NCBI GenBank assembly: GCA_910577575.1
Contig: CAJTOG010000005.1
Location: 9,188 to 73,187 of the forward strand
Source of the DNA: an uncultured Ruminococcus sp.
GTDB lineage: Bacteria > Bacillota > Clostridia > Oscillospirales > Ruminococcaceae
DNA: 64,000 bases
Reading direction: 5' to 3'
Shown here: one piece after another, positions 1-9,213 of the stretch
How the letters are laid out: the number at the start of each line of letters is the position of its first letter
How positions within the stretch are numbered: position 1 is the first letter of the stretch
The notes under the pieces: generated by a model
What the model was told of the DNA's origin: nothing
Seen by the model: only the letters and a program-made list of their open reading frames with translations
Databases searched by the model: none
Position numbers and translations under genes: made by a program

Positions 1-278
1 CCGAAACCGAAAAAACTTGGATTTTTTTCACATTCTCCTGCAATGAACTTATTAATAGACTTTACCTGGTGCGGAACTGTAGCTGTTGAGCATACAAGAT
101 ATTTTGAAACTCCGATATTGTTTCCGCCCTCAATAAGCTTCTGGGATACTCCTATACTGTCCATATGCAAATCATAGAATCTTCCTGTATTTGCAGTGGC
201 GTTTTCTGCTATTTTCTCAGGGAAAATATGAGCATGAGCGTCAATGATTTCATATTTGCCGTAAATTTCCGAATCCAT
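1..278 (-). CDS. Amidohydrolase-family (TIM-barrel metal-dependent hydrolase) protein. Only the N-terminal 92 codons are present; the 3' end lies beyond the window start.
   Basis: Absent from the ORF track because it runs off the edge. My own minus-strand translation from the ATG at 276-278 gives MDSEIYGKYEIIDAHAHIFPEKIAENATANTGRFYDLHMDS...NPSFFGFG, open to position 1. The IDxHxHxFP start is typical of amidohydrolase_2-type enzymes. A GAGAGG Shine-Dalgarno-like sequence lies about 9 nt upstream. Confidence 0.5.
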   Translation of the reverse strand, partial: MDSEIYGKYEIIDAHAHIFPEKIAENATANTGRFYDLHMDSIGVSQKLIEGGNNIGVSKYLVCSTATVPHQVKSINKFIAGECEKNPSFFGF

Positions 279-357
279 TCAAAAAACCTCTCTTTTAGTA
301 AATGCTGTATTTATTATATCACTTTCCCTGACAATTGTCAATTGTTTCACAAAATTT

Positions 358-1485
358 TCATAACCTGGATTTAAAGTCATCATAGCAGAATGTTTTTAAA
401 GTTACAAGATTTCCATCCGGTTTATTTAATATAATTGACGGCAAGGGCATACCATTAAAAGTATTGTTTTTAACCATCGAGTATATTGCCATATCACCAA
501 ACACAAGCTTATCTCCTATATTTAACGGATTATCAAATGAATACTCACCAATAGAATCTCCCGCAAGGCAGGTCTGTGAACCAAGACGATAAGTATATTG
601 CTTTTCTCCTGATTTACCTGAATCCTGAAGCGGAGGGCGATACGGCATTTCCAGCACATCAGGCATATGACAGGCTGCCGATGTGTCAAGAATAGCTATA
701 GGCATATCGTTTTCAATAATGTCAAGAACTTCGGTCACAAGATATCCTGCATTCAGTGCGACAGCTTCACCTGGTTCAAGAAATACTTCAAGTCCGTATT
801 TTTCCTGTATATGTTTAATACAGCCTTCAAGCAACGGAATATCATAGTCACTTCTTGTTATATGATGTCCGCCACCGAAATTAATCCACTCCATTTTTTC
901 AAGTACATCGCCGAACTTTTCTTCAACAGCATCAAGTGTCTTTTTGAGGTCATCTGAATTCTGTTCGCATAAAGTATGAAAATGCAGACCTGTTATACCA
1001 TATAAATTACTTCTGTCAAAGTTTTTATCAATAATTCCGAGACGTGACTTTGGCGAACAAGGGTCATATATTTCATGCCCCTCCTGTGTTGAACATTCCG
1101 GATTTATTCTTAATCCGATTTTTTTGCCTGCCCCCAGCACTTTATCCCGATATTTATCAAGCTGACCAAAAGAATTAAAAATTATATGGTCACAGTAAGA
1201 AATAATTTCATCAATTTCACTTTCACGGTAAGCAGCAGAAAAAACATGATTTTCCTTACCCATTTTCTCATAACCGAGTCTCGCCTCATAAAGCCCGCTA
1301 CAAGCTGTTCCTGAAATATAATTCCCTATCAGATTATAAACATGATAACATGAAAAAGCTTTCTGTGCAAGCAGGATTTTACAGCCTGTGCGTTCCTGAA
1401 CACCTTTGAGAATTTCAAGATTGTGTATTAACTTCTCCTCATCAATTACATAGCAGGGAGTTTTTATTTTTTCCTTGTCAATCAT
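358..1485 (-). CDS. nspC: Carboxynorspermidine/carboxyspermidine decarboxylase (CANSDC)
   Basis: The translation MIDKEKIKTPCYVIDEEKLIHNLEIL...GGGHHITR...CLAGD has the layout of the alanine-racemase-fold PLP decarboxylase NspC. I chose the start at 1485 (AGGAG 7 nt upstream) over the track start at 1521. Confidence 0.85.
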   Translation of the reverse strand: MIDKEKIKTPCYVIDEEKLIHNLEILKGVQERTGCKILLAQKAFSCYHVYNLIGNYISGTACSGLYEARLGYEKMGKENHVFSAAYRESEIDEIISYCDHIIFNSFGQLDKYRDKVLGAGKKIGLRINPECSTQEGHEIYDPCSPKSRLGIIDKNFDRSNLYGITGLHFHTLCEQNSDDLKKTLDAVEEKFGDVLEKMEWINFGGGHHITRSDYDIPLLEGCIKHIQEKYGLEVFLEPGEAVALNAGYLVTEVLDIIENDMPIAILDTSAACHMPDVLEMPYRPPLQDSGKSGEKQYTYRLGSQTCLAGDSIGEYSFDNPLNIGDKLVFGDMAIYSMVKNNTFNGMPLPSIILNKPDGNLVTLKTFCYDDFKSRL

Positions 1486-1657
1486 TTTTACTCCTTTCGG
1501 ACACAGAATATTTTTCAGCAATATCTCAGATACTTCATATCTTTGTATTCATAATCAGAAACCTTTTTAAAAAACATTTTCTCTCTGAATCATAGCATAT
1601 TCATGGTATCTGACATCTTTTTTATACTTCAATTCTATTTTCTGAACAAACAGCATA

Positions 1658-1852
1658 TCAGTTGTCATTTTCAATAGAAATATATTCTATCCGTGATATG
1701 CGGATAATATGGTCTGTACTGTAATCATCTGTAAGAAGAATCCAGCCGTTGCCGATTTCCCTTATTTTACCCTCAACTACATCATCCCGCACGCTGACAG
1801 AACATTCCTTGTTAAGATAGCGTGCTATTATGTCTTCAACTTTTACAATCAT
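1658..1852 (-). CDS. Small hypothetical protein (64 aa), possibly an Sm-like beta-barrel. Paralogue of the 1879-2109 gene.
   Basis: AGGGTGA Shine-Dalgarno sequence 5 nt upstream of the ATG. Shares the motif G-x-GWI(L/V)L-x-(D/E)D...II-x-I-x-x-(I/V)-x-YI with its neighbour. Sits between the two ASA-route polyamine genes. Confidence 0.6.
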   Translation of the reverse strand: MIVKVEDIIARYLNKECSVSVRDDVVEGKIREIGNGWILLTDDYSTDHIIRISRIEYISIENDN

Positions 1853-1878
1853 TTTTTCACCCTAACATTTATTTGCGG

Positions 1879-2109
1879 TCAAATTTTAATATAGGTAACA
1901 TTTGCTATATTGATTATCCTTCTACAATCGTCCTCTCTGAGTACAATCCAGCCTTTGCCGACTTTTTCAAGATTACCCTTGATACTTTCCGCATAGCCAT
2001 AGCCATTATCATGAACTTCCATAACATTAAAACATACAGTTATCTTTTTACCGATATATTTGGTCAACTCTACCTCAATTTCCATGTTATCACCAATATC
2101 ATTGAACAT
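1879..2109 (-). CDS. Small hypothetical protein (76 aa), paralogue of the 1658-1852 gene
   Basis: AAGGGAG Shine-Dalgarno sequence 8 nt upstream. Begins 18 nt after the upstream stop codon. C-terminal KVGKGWIVLREDDCRRIINIANVTYIKI aligns with EIGNGWILLTDDYSTDHIIRISRIEYISI in the neighbour. Confidence 0.6.
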   Translation of the reverse strand: MFNDIGDNMEIEVELTKYIGKKITVCFNVMEVHDNGYGYAESIKGNLEKVGKGWIVLREDDCRRIINIANVTYIKI

Positions 2110-2127
2110 AAATATTGCTCCCTTCGG

Positions 2128-3330
2128 TTAATCAACAAGAACAGGATTAAAATCCTCTTCCCATGGAAGTCCCCATTTATTAAGTTCTTCCATGAACGGG
2201 TCAGGGTCAAATTCTTCAATATTATAAACACCTGCTTTATTCCATTTTCCTGTCATAATCATCATTGCACCAATCATTGCAGGTACTCCAGTAGTATAAG
2301 AAATAGCCTGTGAACCCACTTCTTTATAGCATTCCTGATGGTCGCAGATATTATAAAGATAATAAGTTTTATCCTTACCATCTTTTTTGCCACGGAATAT
2401 ACAGCCGATATTTGTCTTGCCGATTGTTCTCGGGCCGAGTGATGCAGGGTCAGGAAGTACAGCCTTTAGAAACTGCAACGGCACTATCTCCTTTCCTTCG
2501 TACATAATAGGTTCAATTGATGTCATGCCTACATTTTCAAGGCATTTAAGATGAGTAAGATAACTCTGTCCGAAAGTCATGAAAAACCTTATACGTTTTA
2601 TGCCCTTGATATTGAGTGCAAGCGATTCCAGCTCCTCATGGTGAAGCAGATACATATCCTTTTCGCCTACTCCCTTGAAATTATATACACGCTTGATTTC
2701 CATTGGTTCAGTTTCAACCCATTTGCCGTCTTCAATATAACTTCCTTTTGCCGATACCTCACGGATATTGATTTCAGGATTGAAATTAGTCGCAAACGGA
2801 TAGCCATGGTCACCGCCGTTACAGTCAAGAATGTCAATATAATTAATTTCATCAAATTCATGCTTCATGGCATAAGCAGAAAATACTCCTGTTACACCGG
2901 GGTCAAAACCGCTTCCGAGAAGTGCAGTGATACCTGCCTGCTCAAATTTTTCACGGTAAGCCCACTGCCATTTATACTCAAATTTAGCTGTGTCAAGCGG
3001 TTCATAGTTTGCAGTATCAACATAATGAGTCTTGGTTGCAAGACAAGCGTCCATGATAGTCAAATCCTGATAAGGAAGTGCAAGATTCAAAACAACATCG
3101 GGTTTATAGCTGTTGATTAATTCAATCAGTTCATCAACATTGTCTGCATTTACCTGAGCTGTTTCAATAACTGTACTGGTATTCGGCTGTAGTTTATCTT
3201 TAAGGGCATCACACTTTGATTTGGTACGGCTTGCAATCATAATACCATCAAAAACTTCACTGTTCTGGCAGCACTTGTGTATTGCGACGGATGCAACTCC
3301 ACCGCAGCCAATAATCATACATTTTCCCAT
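2128..3330 (-). CDS. Carboxynorspermidine/carboxyspermidine synthase (dehydrogenase), saccharopine-dehydrogenase family (CANSDH/CASDH)
   Basis: N-terminal Rossmann motif IIGCGGVASVAIHK. Also GFDPGVTGVF, GDHGYPFATNFNPEIN, LPDPASLGP and AISYTTGVPA, which closely match the Vibrio CANSDH sequence as I recall it. Confidence 0.85.
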   Translation of the reverse strand: MGKCMIIGCGGVASVAIHKCCQNSEVFDGIMIASRTKSKCDALKDKLQPNTSTVIETAQVNADNVDELIELINSYKPDVVLNLALPYQDLTIMDACLATKTHYVDTANYEPLDTAKFEYKWQWAYREKFEQAGITALLGSGFDPGVTGVFSAYAMKHEFDEINYIDILDCNGGDHGYPFATNFNPEINIREVSAKGSYIEDGKWVETEPMEIKRVYNFKGVGEKDMYLLHHEELESLALNIKGIKRIRFFMTFGQSYLTHLKCLENVGMTSIEPIMYEGKEIVPLQFLKAVLPDPASLGPRTIGKTNIGCIFRGKKDGKDKTYYLYNICDHQECYKEVGSQAISYTTGVPAMIGAMMIMTGKWNKAGVYNIEEFDPDPFMEELNKWGLPWEEDFNPVLVD

Positions 3331-3354
3331 TTTTTCAATCTCCTTTATATTTTA

Positions 3355-4059
3355 TCAACAGCAGTCCCAATTATAGAGAACGTCACTGAAATCAAGATTT
3401 TTAAGTTTTTTTGAATTAATAAAGAAATTTCCTATTCCCGAATCGCCCCACATTACTCTGTCTTCGCCATTATAGCCATCTGTATCAAGCTGAAACAGCA
3501 GAAAGTCATATTTCTCAAGTTTTTCATCATTTCTTGGGTCTGTCTGAGTAAAGTACGGGTAACCGCCGACTTTATGTCCTGAATTTTCGTTCCATTCTTC
3601 TTCACTAAGGTCCGAACAATAATCTATATATCTGTTTTCAGATTTATCAAAATCCATGCTGTATTCTCCGAAAACAGGCATATATTCTTCTTCATCATAT
3701 TCATTTTTTACGAATTTTTCAAAAATCTCCTCTTCTGTAACTGTTTTATCAATTTCCGGATAATAAATTATACGGAAAGTATTCTGATTTGTCGGATTAT
3801 CAAAATCCAAGCCCGATATCTCATCATTGAGAATCCAGAATTGCAAAAGTCCAGTTTTCGGAAATTCATCAAGTTGAATTTTTCTGCAATCTATCTGTGC
3901 AAGAAGTCTGAGTTGATTTCCGTCTTCAGCAACTGGAAAATTTCCGTTATGAGGGATATATCCCAGTCCGCCAACCTTACTCTCAAAAATTTCCGGCTTT
4001 GTATTTGTGAGTTTTATTTTCATACATGGTTTAACATTATCATTTTTATACGTATTCAT
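3355..4059 (-). CDS. DUF1963 (YwqG-like) family protein
   Basis: Motifs GGLGYIPHNG...LLAQIDC...GLLQFW...HKVGGYPYFTQ...MWGDSGIGNFFI are characteristic of DUF1963. Confidence 0.7.
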   Translation of the reverse strand: MNTYKNDNVKPCMKIKLTNTKPEIFESKVGGLGYIPHNGNFPVAEDGNQLRLLAQIDCRKIQLDEFPKTGLLQFWILNDEISGLDFDNPTNQNTFRIIYYPEIDKTVTEEEIFEKFVKNEYDEEEYMPVFGEYSMDFDKSENRYIDYCSDLSEEEWNENSGHKVGGYPYFTQTDPRNDEKLEKYDFLLFQLDTDGYNGEDRVMWGDSGIGNFFINSKKLKNLDFSDVLYNWDCC

Positions 4060-4060
4060 T

Positions 4061-4561
4061 TTATCTTATCTCCTTATTATTATTTCTGGAAACAGAAACA
4101 TATATAATTATGAAAACAATAAAAAATACACCGCTTACAACCAAAAAAATAATTCCGATAAAATTTGTCGTTTTGTCTGAAGGTACATAAAATTTCCTTG
4201 GATTTTCCGGATTAATTTTAAGCTCCACAATATCACCGATTTCAAATTTCGGAGGATTTGAAGCAGTATTGCTAACAACATCATACTCTATACCATTATA
4301 AGTATATATGAATCTTGGTCTATAAACTATTGATATATGACGACGTTTGTTTTTCCGTTTTATTTCAGACTTTTCAGGTAAATTCTCAATTACTGTAGCC
4401 GTAACTGATTCCGTACAACTGTAAGACTTTATTTTCTGATATGAAAGTGTAATAGCTCCGGCAACCGATAATATAATAGCAACTATAAGAAAAATAATTG
4501 GTATAAATTTCGGATTAAGATTATTGCCACTTCTTAATTTAATAATATTTCTTCTATACAT
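4061..4561 (-). CDS. DUF3592-like two-TM membrane protein
   Basis: TM helix, then a beta-rich segment (YRPRFIYTYNGIEYDV...GDIVELKINPENP), then a second TM helix. This is the DUF3592 architecture. Confidence 0.5.
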   Translation of the reverse strand: MYRRNIIKLRSGNNLNPKFIPIIFLIVAIILSVAGAITLSYQKIKSYSCTESVTATVIENLPEKSEIKRKNKRRHISIVYRPRFIYTYNGIEYDVVSNTASNPPKFEIGDIVELKINPENPRKFYVPSDKTTNFIGIIFLVVSGVFFIVFIIIYVSVSRNNNKEIR

Positions 4562-4576
4562 AGCAAATTTATTCTA

Positions 4577-5431
4577 TTATCTTGACATTGCAAGAAGCAT
4601 TTCTCTTATAATCTTGCACGCAACAGCTGTTGAAGTTCCTGACTGGTCATAATGCGGACTTAATTCATTCACATCACAGCCCACTATATCAAGTTCACTG
4701 CATACAAGAGTTACAGCCTTCCTAAGCTCATCAAAAGTAACTCCGCCGGCTTCCGGAGTACCCGTTCCGCAGAATATCGACGGGTCAAGCACATCCAAAT
4801 CAAGAGTAAAATACACGTTCTTTCCCTTGAGTTTTTCAACTGTTTCAGCAAGTCCGTCAAAATTGAACTTATGCATTTCAGTATGCTTTTTGGCAAATAT
4901 AAATTCTTCTTTGTCTCCGCTTCTGATGCCAAACTGGAATATATGGCCGTCTCCGACAAGCTCATGACATCTTCTCAGTACACACGCATGAGACAGCTGC
5001 TGACCTAAATAATCTTCACGCAAATCAGCATGGGCATCAAAATGAATTATATACAAATCCTCATATTTTTCTTTTACAGCCATGACAGAACCAAGAGTTA
5101 CGAGATGCTCTCCGCCAATCATGAACGGCAGTTTTTTATCACTGAGAATTATATCAGAACGCATTGCTATATCGGCTACTGCACGGCGTACACTGCCGAA
5201 AGGAAGTTCTAAATCCCCACTGTCAAAATAGCTGTAATCTGTCATATCCTTGTCCTGATACGGACTGTATGTTTCAATACCAAAGCTTTCTGAACGTATT
5301 GCAGAAGGTGCAAATCGTGTGCCGGGACGAAAACTTGTTGTACTGTCATAACCTGCTCCGAAAATAACTATTCCGGACTCCTCATATTCTGCATCGCAGG
5401 CAATAAAAGTCTGTATATTTTTATTCAACAT
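4577..5431 (-). CDS. speB: Agmatinase (or aminopropylagmatine ureohydrolase), arginase family
   Basis: Mn-binding motifs GGEHLVT, HFDAHADLR and LDLDVLDP. Overlaps the speE stop by 11 nt. Confidence 0.85.
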   Translation of the reverse strand: MLNKNIQTFIACDAEYEESGIVIFGAGYDSTTSFRPGTRFAPSAIRSESFGIETYSPYQDKDMTDYSYFDSGDLELPFGSVRRAVADIAMRSDIILSDKKLPFMIGGEHLVTLGSVMAVKEKYEDLYIIHFDAHADLREDYLGQQLSHACVLRRCHELVGDGHIFQFGIRSGDKEEFIFAKKHTEMHKFNFDGLAETVEKLKGKNVYFTLDLDVLDPSIFCGTGTPEAGGVTFDELRKAVTLVCSELDIVGCDVNELSPHYDQSGTSTAVACKIIREMLLAMSR

Positions 5432-6272
5432 CTCTCAGCATCTCCTCAACATAATTAGGCAGTGCAAATGCTCCTGCATGAAGTTTGGTATTATAATACT
5501 TTGTTTTCATTGCAAGCATATTCCATTTTGTCGCATTCAAATCATGGACAGGATGATATTTTTTGGACGCAAAACCAAAAAGCCAGTGACCTGACGGATA
5601 AGTCGGTATATGTGCCTGATACACTCTGCTTATCGGAAAACTTTCAACTATCCGCTTATGTGAACGCTGCATAGCCGCCGCATCTTCATCATAAAACGGA
5701 CTTTCATGCTGATTCACCATAATTCCGTCTTCACGGAGAGCTTTGTTACAGCTTCCATAAAATTCCTTGGTAAACAAACCCTCTCCCGGTCCGAACGGGT
5801 CAGTTGAATCGACTATAATAACATCATACTTATTTTCACACCGACGGATAAATTTAACACCGTCCTCATAATAGATATGAACTCTTTCATCACCTAAACG
5901 ACAGGCAGTAGTCGGCAGAAATTTCCTGCTTACTTCAATAACAAGCTCGTCAATCTCTACTAAATCAATGCTTTCAACAGTCGGATAACGTGTTAACTCA
6001 CGGATTACCCCACCGTCTCCTGCACCGATAACAAGTATGTTTTTCGGATTCGGATGAACAGCCATAGGAATATGAGTTATCATTTCATGATAAATAAATT
6101 CATCTTTTTCAGTAAGCATCATATAGCCATCAAGCGTAAGGAATCTGCCGAATTCCTTTGAATCAAAAACATCAATACGTTGAAATTCACTTTTGCCCGT
6201 ATAAAGCTGTCTGTCTACTTTAATAGAAAATTTGACATTCGGAGTATGTCTCTCCGTAAACCATAATTCCAT
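5421..6272 (-). CDS. speE: Spermidine synthase (aminopropyltransferase)
   Basis: MELWFTE...LDG...VLVIGAGDGGVIRE...VDSTDPFGP signature. Start moved to 6272 (AAGGAG Shine-Dalgarno sequence). Confidence 0.9.
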   Translation of the reverse strand: MELWFTERHTPNVKFSIKVDRQLYTGKSEFQRIDVFDSKEFGRFLTLDGYMMLTEKDEFIYHEMITHIPMAVHPNPKNILVIGAGDGGVIRELTRYPTVESIDLVEIDELVIEVSRKFLPTTACRLGDERVHIYYEDGVKFIRRCENKYDVIIVDSTDPFGPGEGLFTKEFYGSCNKALREDGIMVNQHESPFYDEDAAAMQRSHKRIVESFPISRVYQAHIPTYPSGHWLFGFASKKYHPVHDLNATKWNMLAMKTKYYNTKLHAGAFALPNYVEEMLRDVE

Positions 6273-6320
6273 AAAAATTCTCCTTAAAATTATTCTTTCA
6301 GAAATTTTTATTTTCATAAA

Positions 6321-6809
6321 TCAGAATTTATTATCTGAATCAAGCACAATCTTCATATTATGATACTTTGAAATCACATCTTTAAATCCAATTGACTTGT
6401 ACAGGTTATATCCTGCATCAGTTGCTTTCAGTTCAACAAAGTCAAGACCCATTTTTGCCGAATCAGAAAGCAATAACTTAATCAGTTTGCCGGCAATACC
6501 TTTTTTTCTGTATTCAGGTCTTGTATAAACATTCAATACTGTACCGGTTATACCATTAACAAATGTAGGGTTCGGGGTCTTTTCCATAATGTATAAAAAA
6601 CAACACCCTATAATTTTTTCTTTTTCTCTGCAAACATAAACAAATAAATCCTTGTTAAGATGGTTATGATAATAACTTGGCAATCTTTCAGAAATCTGAA
6701 TTATTTGCGACTCTGAAATATCTTGATAATCTTCAGTCAAATACTCTATTCTTAATTCAACCAGCGAATTTAAATCATTAATACCTGCCTTTTCAAAAAT
6801 TATAATCAA
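6321..6809 (-). CDS. GNAT-family N-acetyltransferase, possibly a polyamine acetyltransferase given its context
   Basis: GNAT motif A, YTRPEYRKKGIAGKLI. Embedded between speA and speE. Confidence 0.7.
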   Translation of the reverse strand: MIIIFEKAGINDLNSLVELRIEYLTEDYQDISESQIIQISERLPSYYHNHLNKDLFVYVCREKEKIIGCCFLYIMEKTPNPTFVNGITGTVLNVYTRPEYRKKGIAGKLIKLLLSDSAKMGLDFVELKATDAGYNLYKSIGFKDVISKYHNMKIVLDSDNKF

Positions 6810-6828
6810 TCACCTCTTTTATTTTTAT

Positions 6829-8274
6829 TTATTTCAATACATTTAGTCTTTCAATATTTATATCTTCCGTCCCTGTCATCTGACAACCCTTTTCTTTGGC
6901 ATACCTGATATAGTCTATTATATCCTGAGTGATAAGTTCGCCAGGGGCAAGAATCGGGATTCCGGGCGGATAACACATAACAAACTCCGTGCATACCCTG
7001 CCGACTGCTTCGTCAAGAGAAAGTGAAATTTTATCTGCATAAAATGCACGTCTAGGAGTTTCTGCAACTATCGGAGAAATATATTCCTGTGTAAGCATAT
7101 CGGCACCGGATTTTCCGAAACGTCTTTTAATTTCTGACATCGCACTTATAAGCCTTTCAATATCACGCTTTCTGTCGCCTACCGAAAGATATGCAAGGAT
7201 ATTGCCTATATCACCAAATTCAATCTGTATGTCATATTCATCACGGAGCAAATCATATACTTCAATTCCGGCAAGACCTATCGGAAGAGTATATATACTA
7301 AGTTTTGAAACATCAAAGTCATAAATGCTGTCACCGTTGATTAATTCTTTTGAATATGCATAATATCCACCTATTGAATTTATTTCAGAGCGTGCATATT
7401 CAGCCATTTCAACAGTCTGTGCAAATATTTCACGTCCGCTCAGTGCAAGTCTTTTACGTGAAATATCAAGGCTTGACAAAAGAAGATAAGATGCACTTGT
7501 TGTTTGCGTCAGATTCACCACCTGACGCATATAGTCTGAATTTATATTCTTTCCCATAAGCAGAAACGAACTCTGTGTAAGGCTTCCGCCGGATTTGTGC
7601 ATACTTACCGAAGCTATATCTGCCCCTGCGTCCATAGCTGTTATCGGGAATTTTTCACCAAAATAAAAATGTGTTCCGTGTGCCTCATCAACAAGAACAA
7701 GCATATCATGTTCATGTGCAAGCTCCGTAATTTTTTTCAGGTCTGAACATATACCATAATAAGTCGGATTATTTACCATAATCGCTTTAGCCTGCGGATT
7801 TTCCTTTATAGCCTGTTCAACCTGCTCAACCGACATTCCGAGGGCTATGCCAAGCTGTTTATTAACGTCAGGATTAACATATACGGGTATAGCTCCGGTA
7901 AGAATAAGGGCATTTATTGCACTTCTGTGGACATTTCTCGGCATTATTATTTTATCTCCGCTTTTACAGGCATACATAATCATGCTCTGCACTGCCGATG
8001 TAGTGCCGCCAACCATAAAAAAAGCATTTGCAGCTCTGAATGCTTCCGCCGCAAGATATTCCGCATCTCTGATTACTGATACAGGATGGCAGAGATTATC
8101 CAGAGGCTTCATAGAGTTTACATCAACATTCATGCAGTCCTCGCCTAAGAACTCTGTAAGTTCCATATTGCCGCGTCCACGCTTGTGTCCAGGTACATCG
8201 AACGGAACTACTCTCATGCGTCTGAAACGACGCAGAGCTTCATAAATCGGGGCATCAATCTGAGAAAGAGACAT
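6829..8274 (-). CDS. speA: Arginine decarboxylase, Orn/Lys/Arg decarboxylase fold-I PLP family (Bacillus SpeA type)
   Basis: FDVPGHKRG, the [18 protein letters not shown]-lysine motif and [10 protein letters not shown]. Strong resemblance to B. subtilis SpeA. Start chosen at 8274 ([14 protein letters not shown]). Confidence 0.85.
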   Translation of the reverse strand: MSLSQIDAPIYEALRRFRRMRVVPFDVPGHKRGRGNMELTEFLGEDCMNVDVNSMKPLDNLCHPVSVIRDAEYLAAEAFRAANAFFMVGGTTSAVQSMIMYACKSGDKIIMPRNVHRSAINALILTGAIPVYVNPDVNKQLGIALGMSVEQVEQAIKENPQAKAIMVNNPTYYGICSDLKKITELAHEHDMLVLVDEAHGTHFYFGEKFPITAMDAGADIASVSMHKSGGSLTQSSFLLMGKNINSDYMRQVVNLTQTTSASYLLLSSLDISRKRLALSGREIFAQTVEMAEYARSEINSIGGYYAYSKELINGDSIYDFDVSKLSIYTLPIGLAGIEVYDLLRDEYDIQIEFGDIGNILAYLSVGDRKRDIERLISAMSEIKRRFGKSGADMLTQEYISPIVAETPRRAFYADKISLSLDEAVGRVCTEFVMCYPPGIPILAPGELITQDIIDYIRYAKEKGCQMTGTEDINIERLNVLK

Positions 8275-9037
8275 TTCCAAACACATTCCTTCCACTGAAT
8301 ATTTCAATCATTTCCCTTCTTAAAGCATTTGATATATCAAGTCTGCTTCTTGGAGAAAGTTCACGGACATCTGTATTAAAAAGATAATTCTGCAATTCAA
8401 TTTCCTTTATTAACATTTTTGTATGAAACATATTTGCCTGATATACATTTACATCAATAACATCATATTTATCAAGGGTTGCTTCATCTATATAATTCTG
8501 AATCGACGTAATATCATGGTCTATGAAAATTTTTTCTCCGTCCAGATTTCTTGTAAAGCCACGCACCCTGTAATCCATAGTGATAATATCCGAGTCGAAA
8601 CTTCCAATCAGATAATCAAGAGCAGTAAGCGGAGTTATCTTGCCACAGGTAGCAACATCTATATCAACACGGAAAGTTGCTATATTTGTATCCGGATGAT
8701 ATTCAGGATAGGTATGAACAGTTACATGACTTTTATCAAGATGGGCAACAGTTTCACTTCCGCCTGCCGGAATCATAGTATCATCAGCAATTAGAAAAGT
8801 TGCAGAAGCACCTTGTGGGTCGTAATCCTGTCGGGAAATACTCAGCACCTGTGCCCCAATCATATTTGTAAGATGAGTCATGATATCAGTGATACGCTCA
8901 GAATTGTAAACCTCATCAACATAGGCGATATAATCCAATTGAGCTTTAGGGGTTCTTGCATAGCAGACATCGTAAATATTAAAGCTCAGGGATTTTGTCA
9001 GGTTATTAAATCCATAAAGCTTAAGCTTATTTTCCAT
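8255..9037 (-). CDS. speD: S-adenosylmethionine decarboxylase proenzyme (E. coli-type, class 1B)
   Basis: [24 protein letters not shown] and the self-processing site [16 protein letters not shown] closely match E. coli SpeD. Start at 9037 (GAGGTG Shine-Dalgarno sequence). Confidence 0.9.
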   Translation of the reverse strand: MENKLKLYGFNNLTKSLSFNIYDVCYARTPKAQLDYIAYVDEVYNSERITDIMTHLTNMIGAQVLSISRQDYDPQGASATFLIADDTMIPAGGSETVAHLDKSHVTVHTYPEYHPDTNIATFRVDIDVATCGKITPLTALDYLIGSFDSDIITMDYRVRGFTRNLDGEKIFIDHDITSIQNYIDEATLDKYDVIDVNVYQANMFHTKMLIKEIELQNYLFNTDVRELSPRSRLDISNALRREMIEIFSGRNVFGNVSFSD

Positions 9038-9151
9038 AATATACACCTCATGTTTAAAATCAAAAAAACACGCACAGACTTAATCAGCCCATACGTGCGG
9101 TGAATGCATAGCAACAGTGCTGAAACCGAAGCTTCTTTTGCAATTTAATTT

Positions 9152-9180
9152 ATTTTATCATAAATTTACTGATTTGTCAA
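9152..9180 (-). promoter_or_regulatory. Sigma-A-type promoter of the polyamine operon (TTGACA-17 nt-TAAAAT with TGn extension)
   Basis: The minus strand reads TTGACAaatcagtaaatttaTGaTAAAAT, about 110 nt upstream of the speD ATG. Confidence 0.5.
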
Positions 9181-9213
9181 TAGTTAAACACAAAATTTTA
9201 TTTATTTTCATGC

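Noticed and set aside
165-374. 69-aa plus-strand ORF at the window start
   Set aside because: It lies antisense to a much better minus-strand amidohydrolase N-terminus (1-278) and runs into nspC. It has no Shine-Dalgarno sequence and a low-complexity translation.
1567-1656. 29-codon minus-strand ORF (MLFVQKIELKYKKDVRYHEYAMIQRENVF) in the gap between the 64-aa gene and nspC
   Set aside because: It has no Shine-Dalgarno sequence, and its ATG lies 1 nt after the upstream stop. It resembles nothing I recognise. In AT-rich DNA it is too short to call without conservation data.
1822-3120. Plus-strand ORFs of 163 aa and 189 aa (1822-2313 and 2551-3120)
   Set aside because: They are shadow ORFs antisense to the small-protein genes and the well-supported CANSDH gene. 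Their translations are Ile/Phe/Lys-rich with no motifs.
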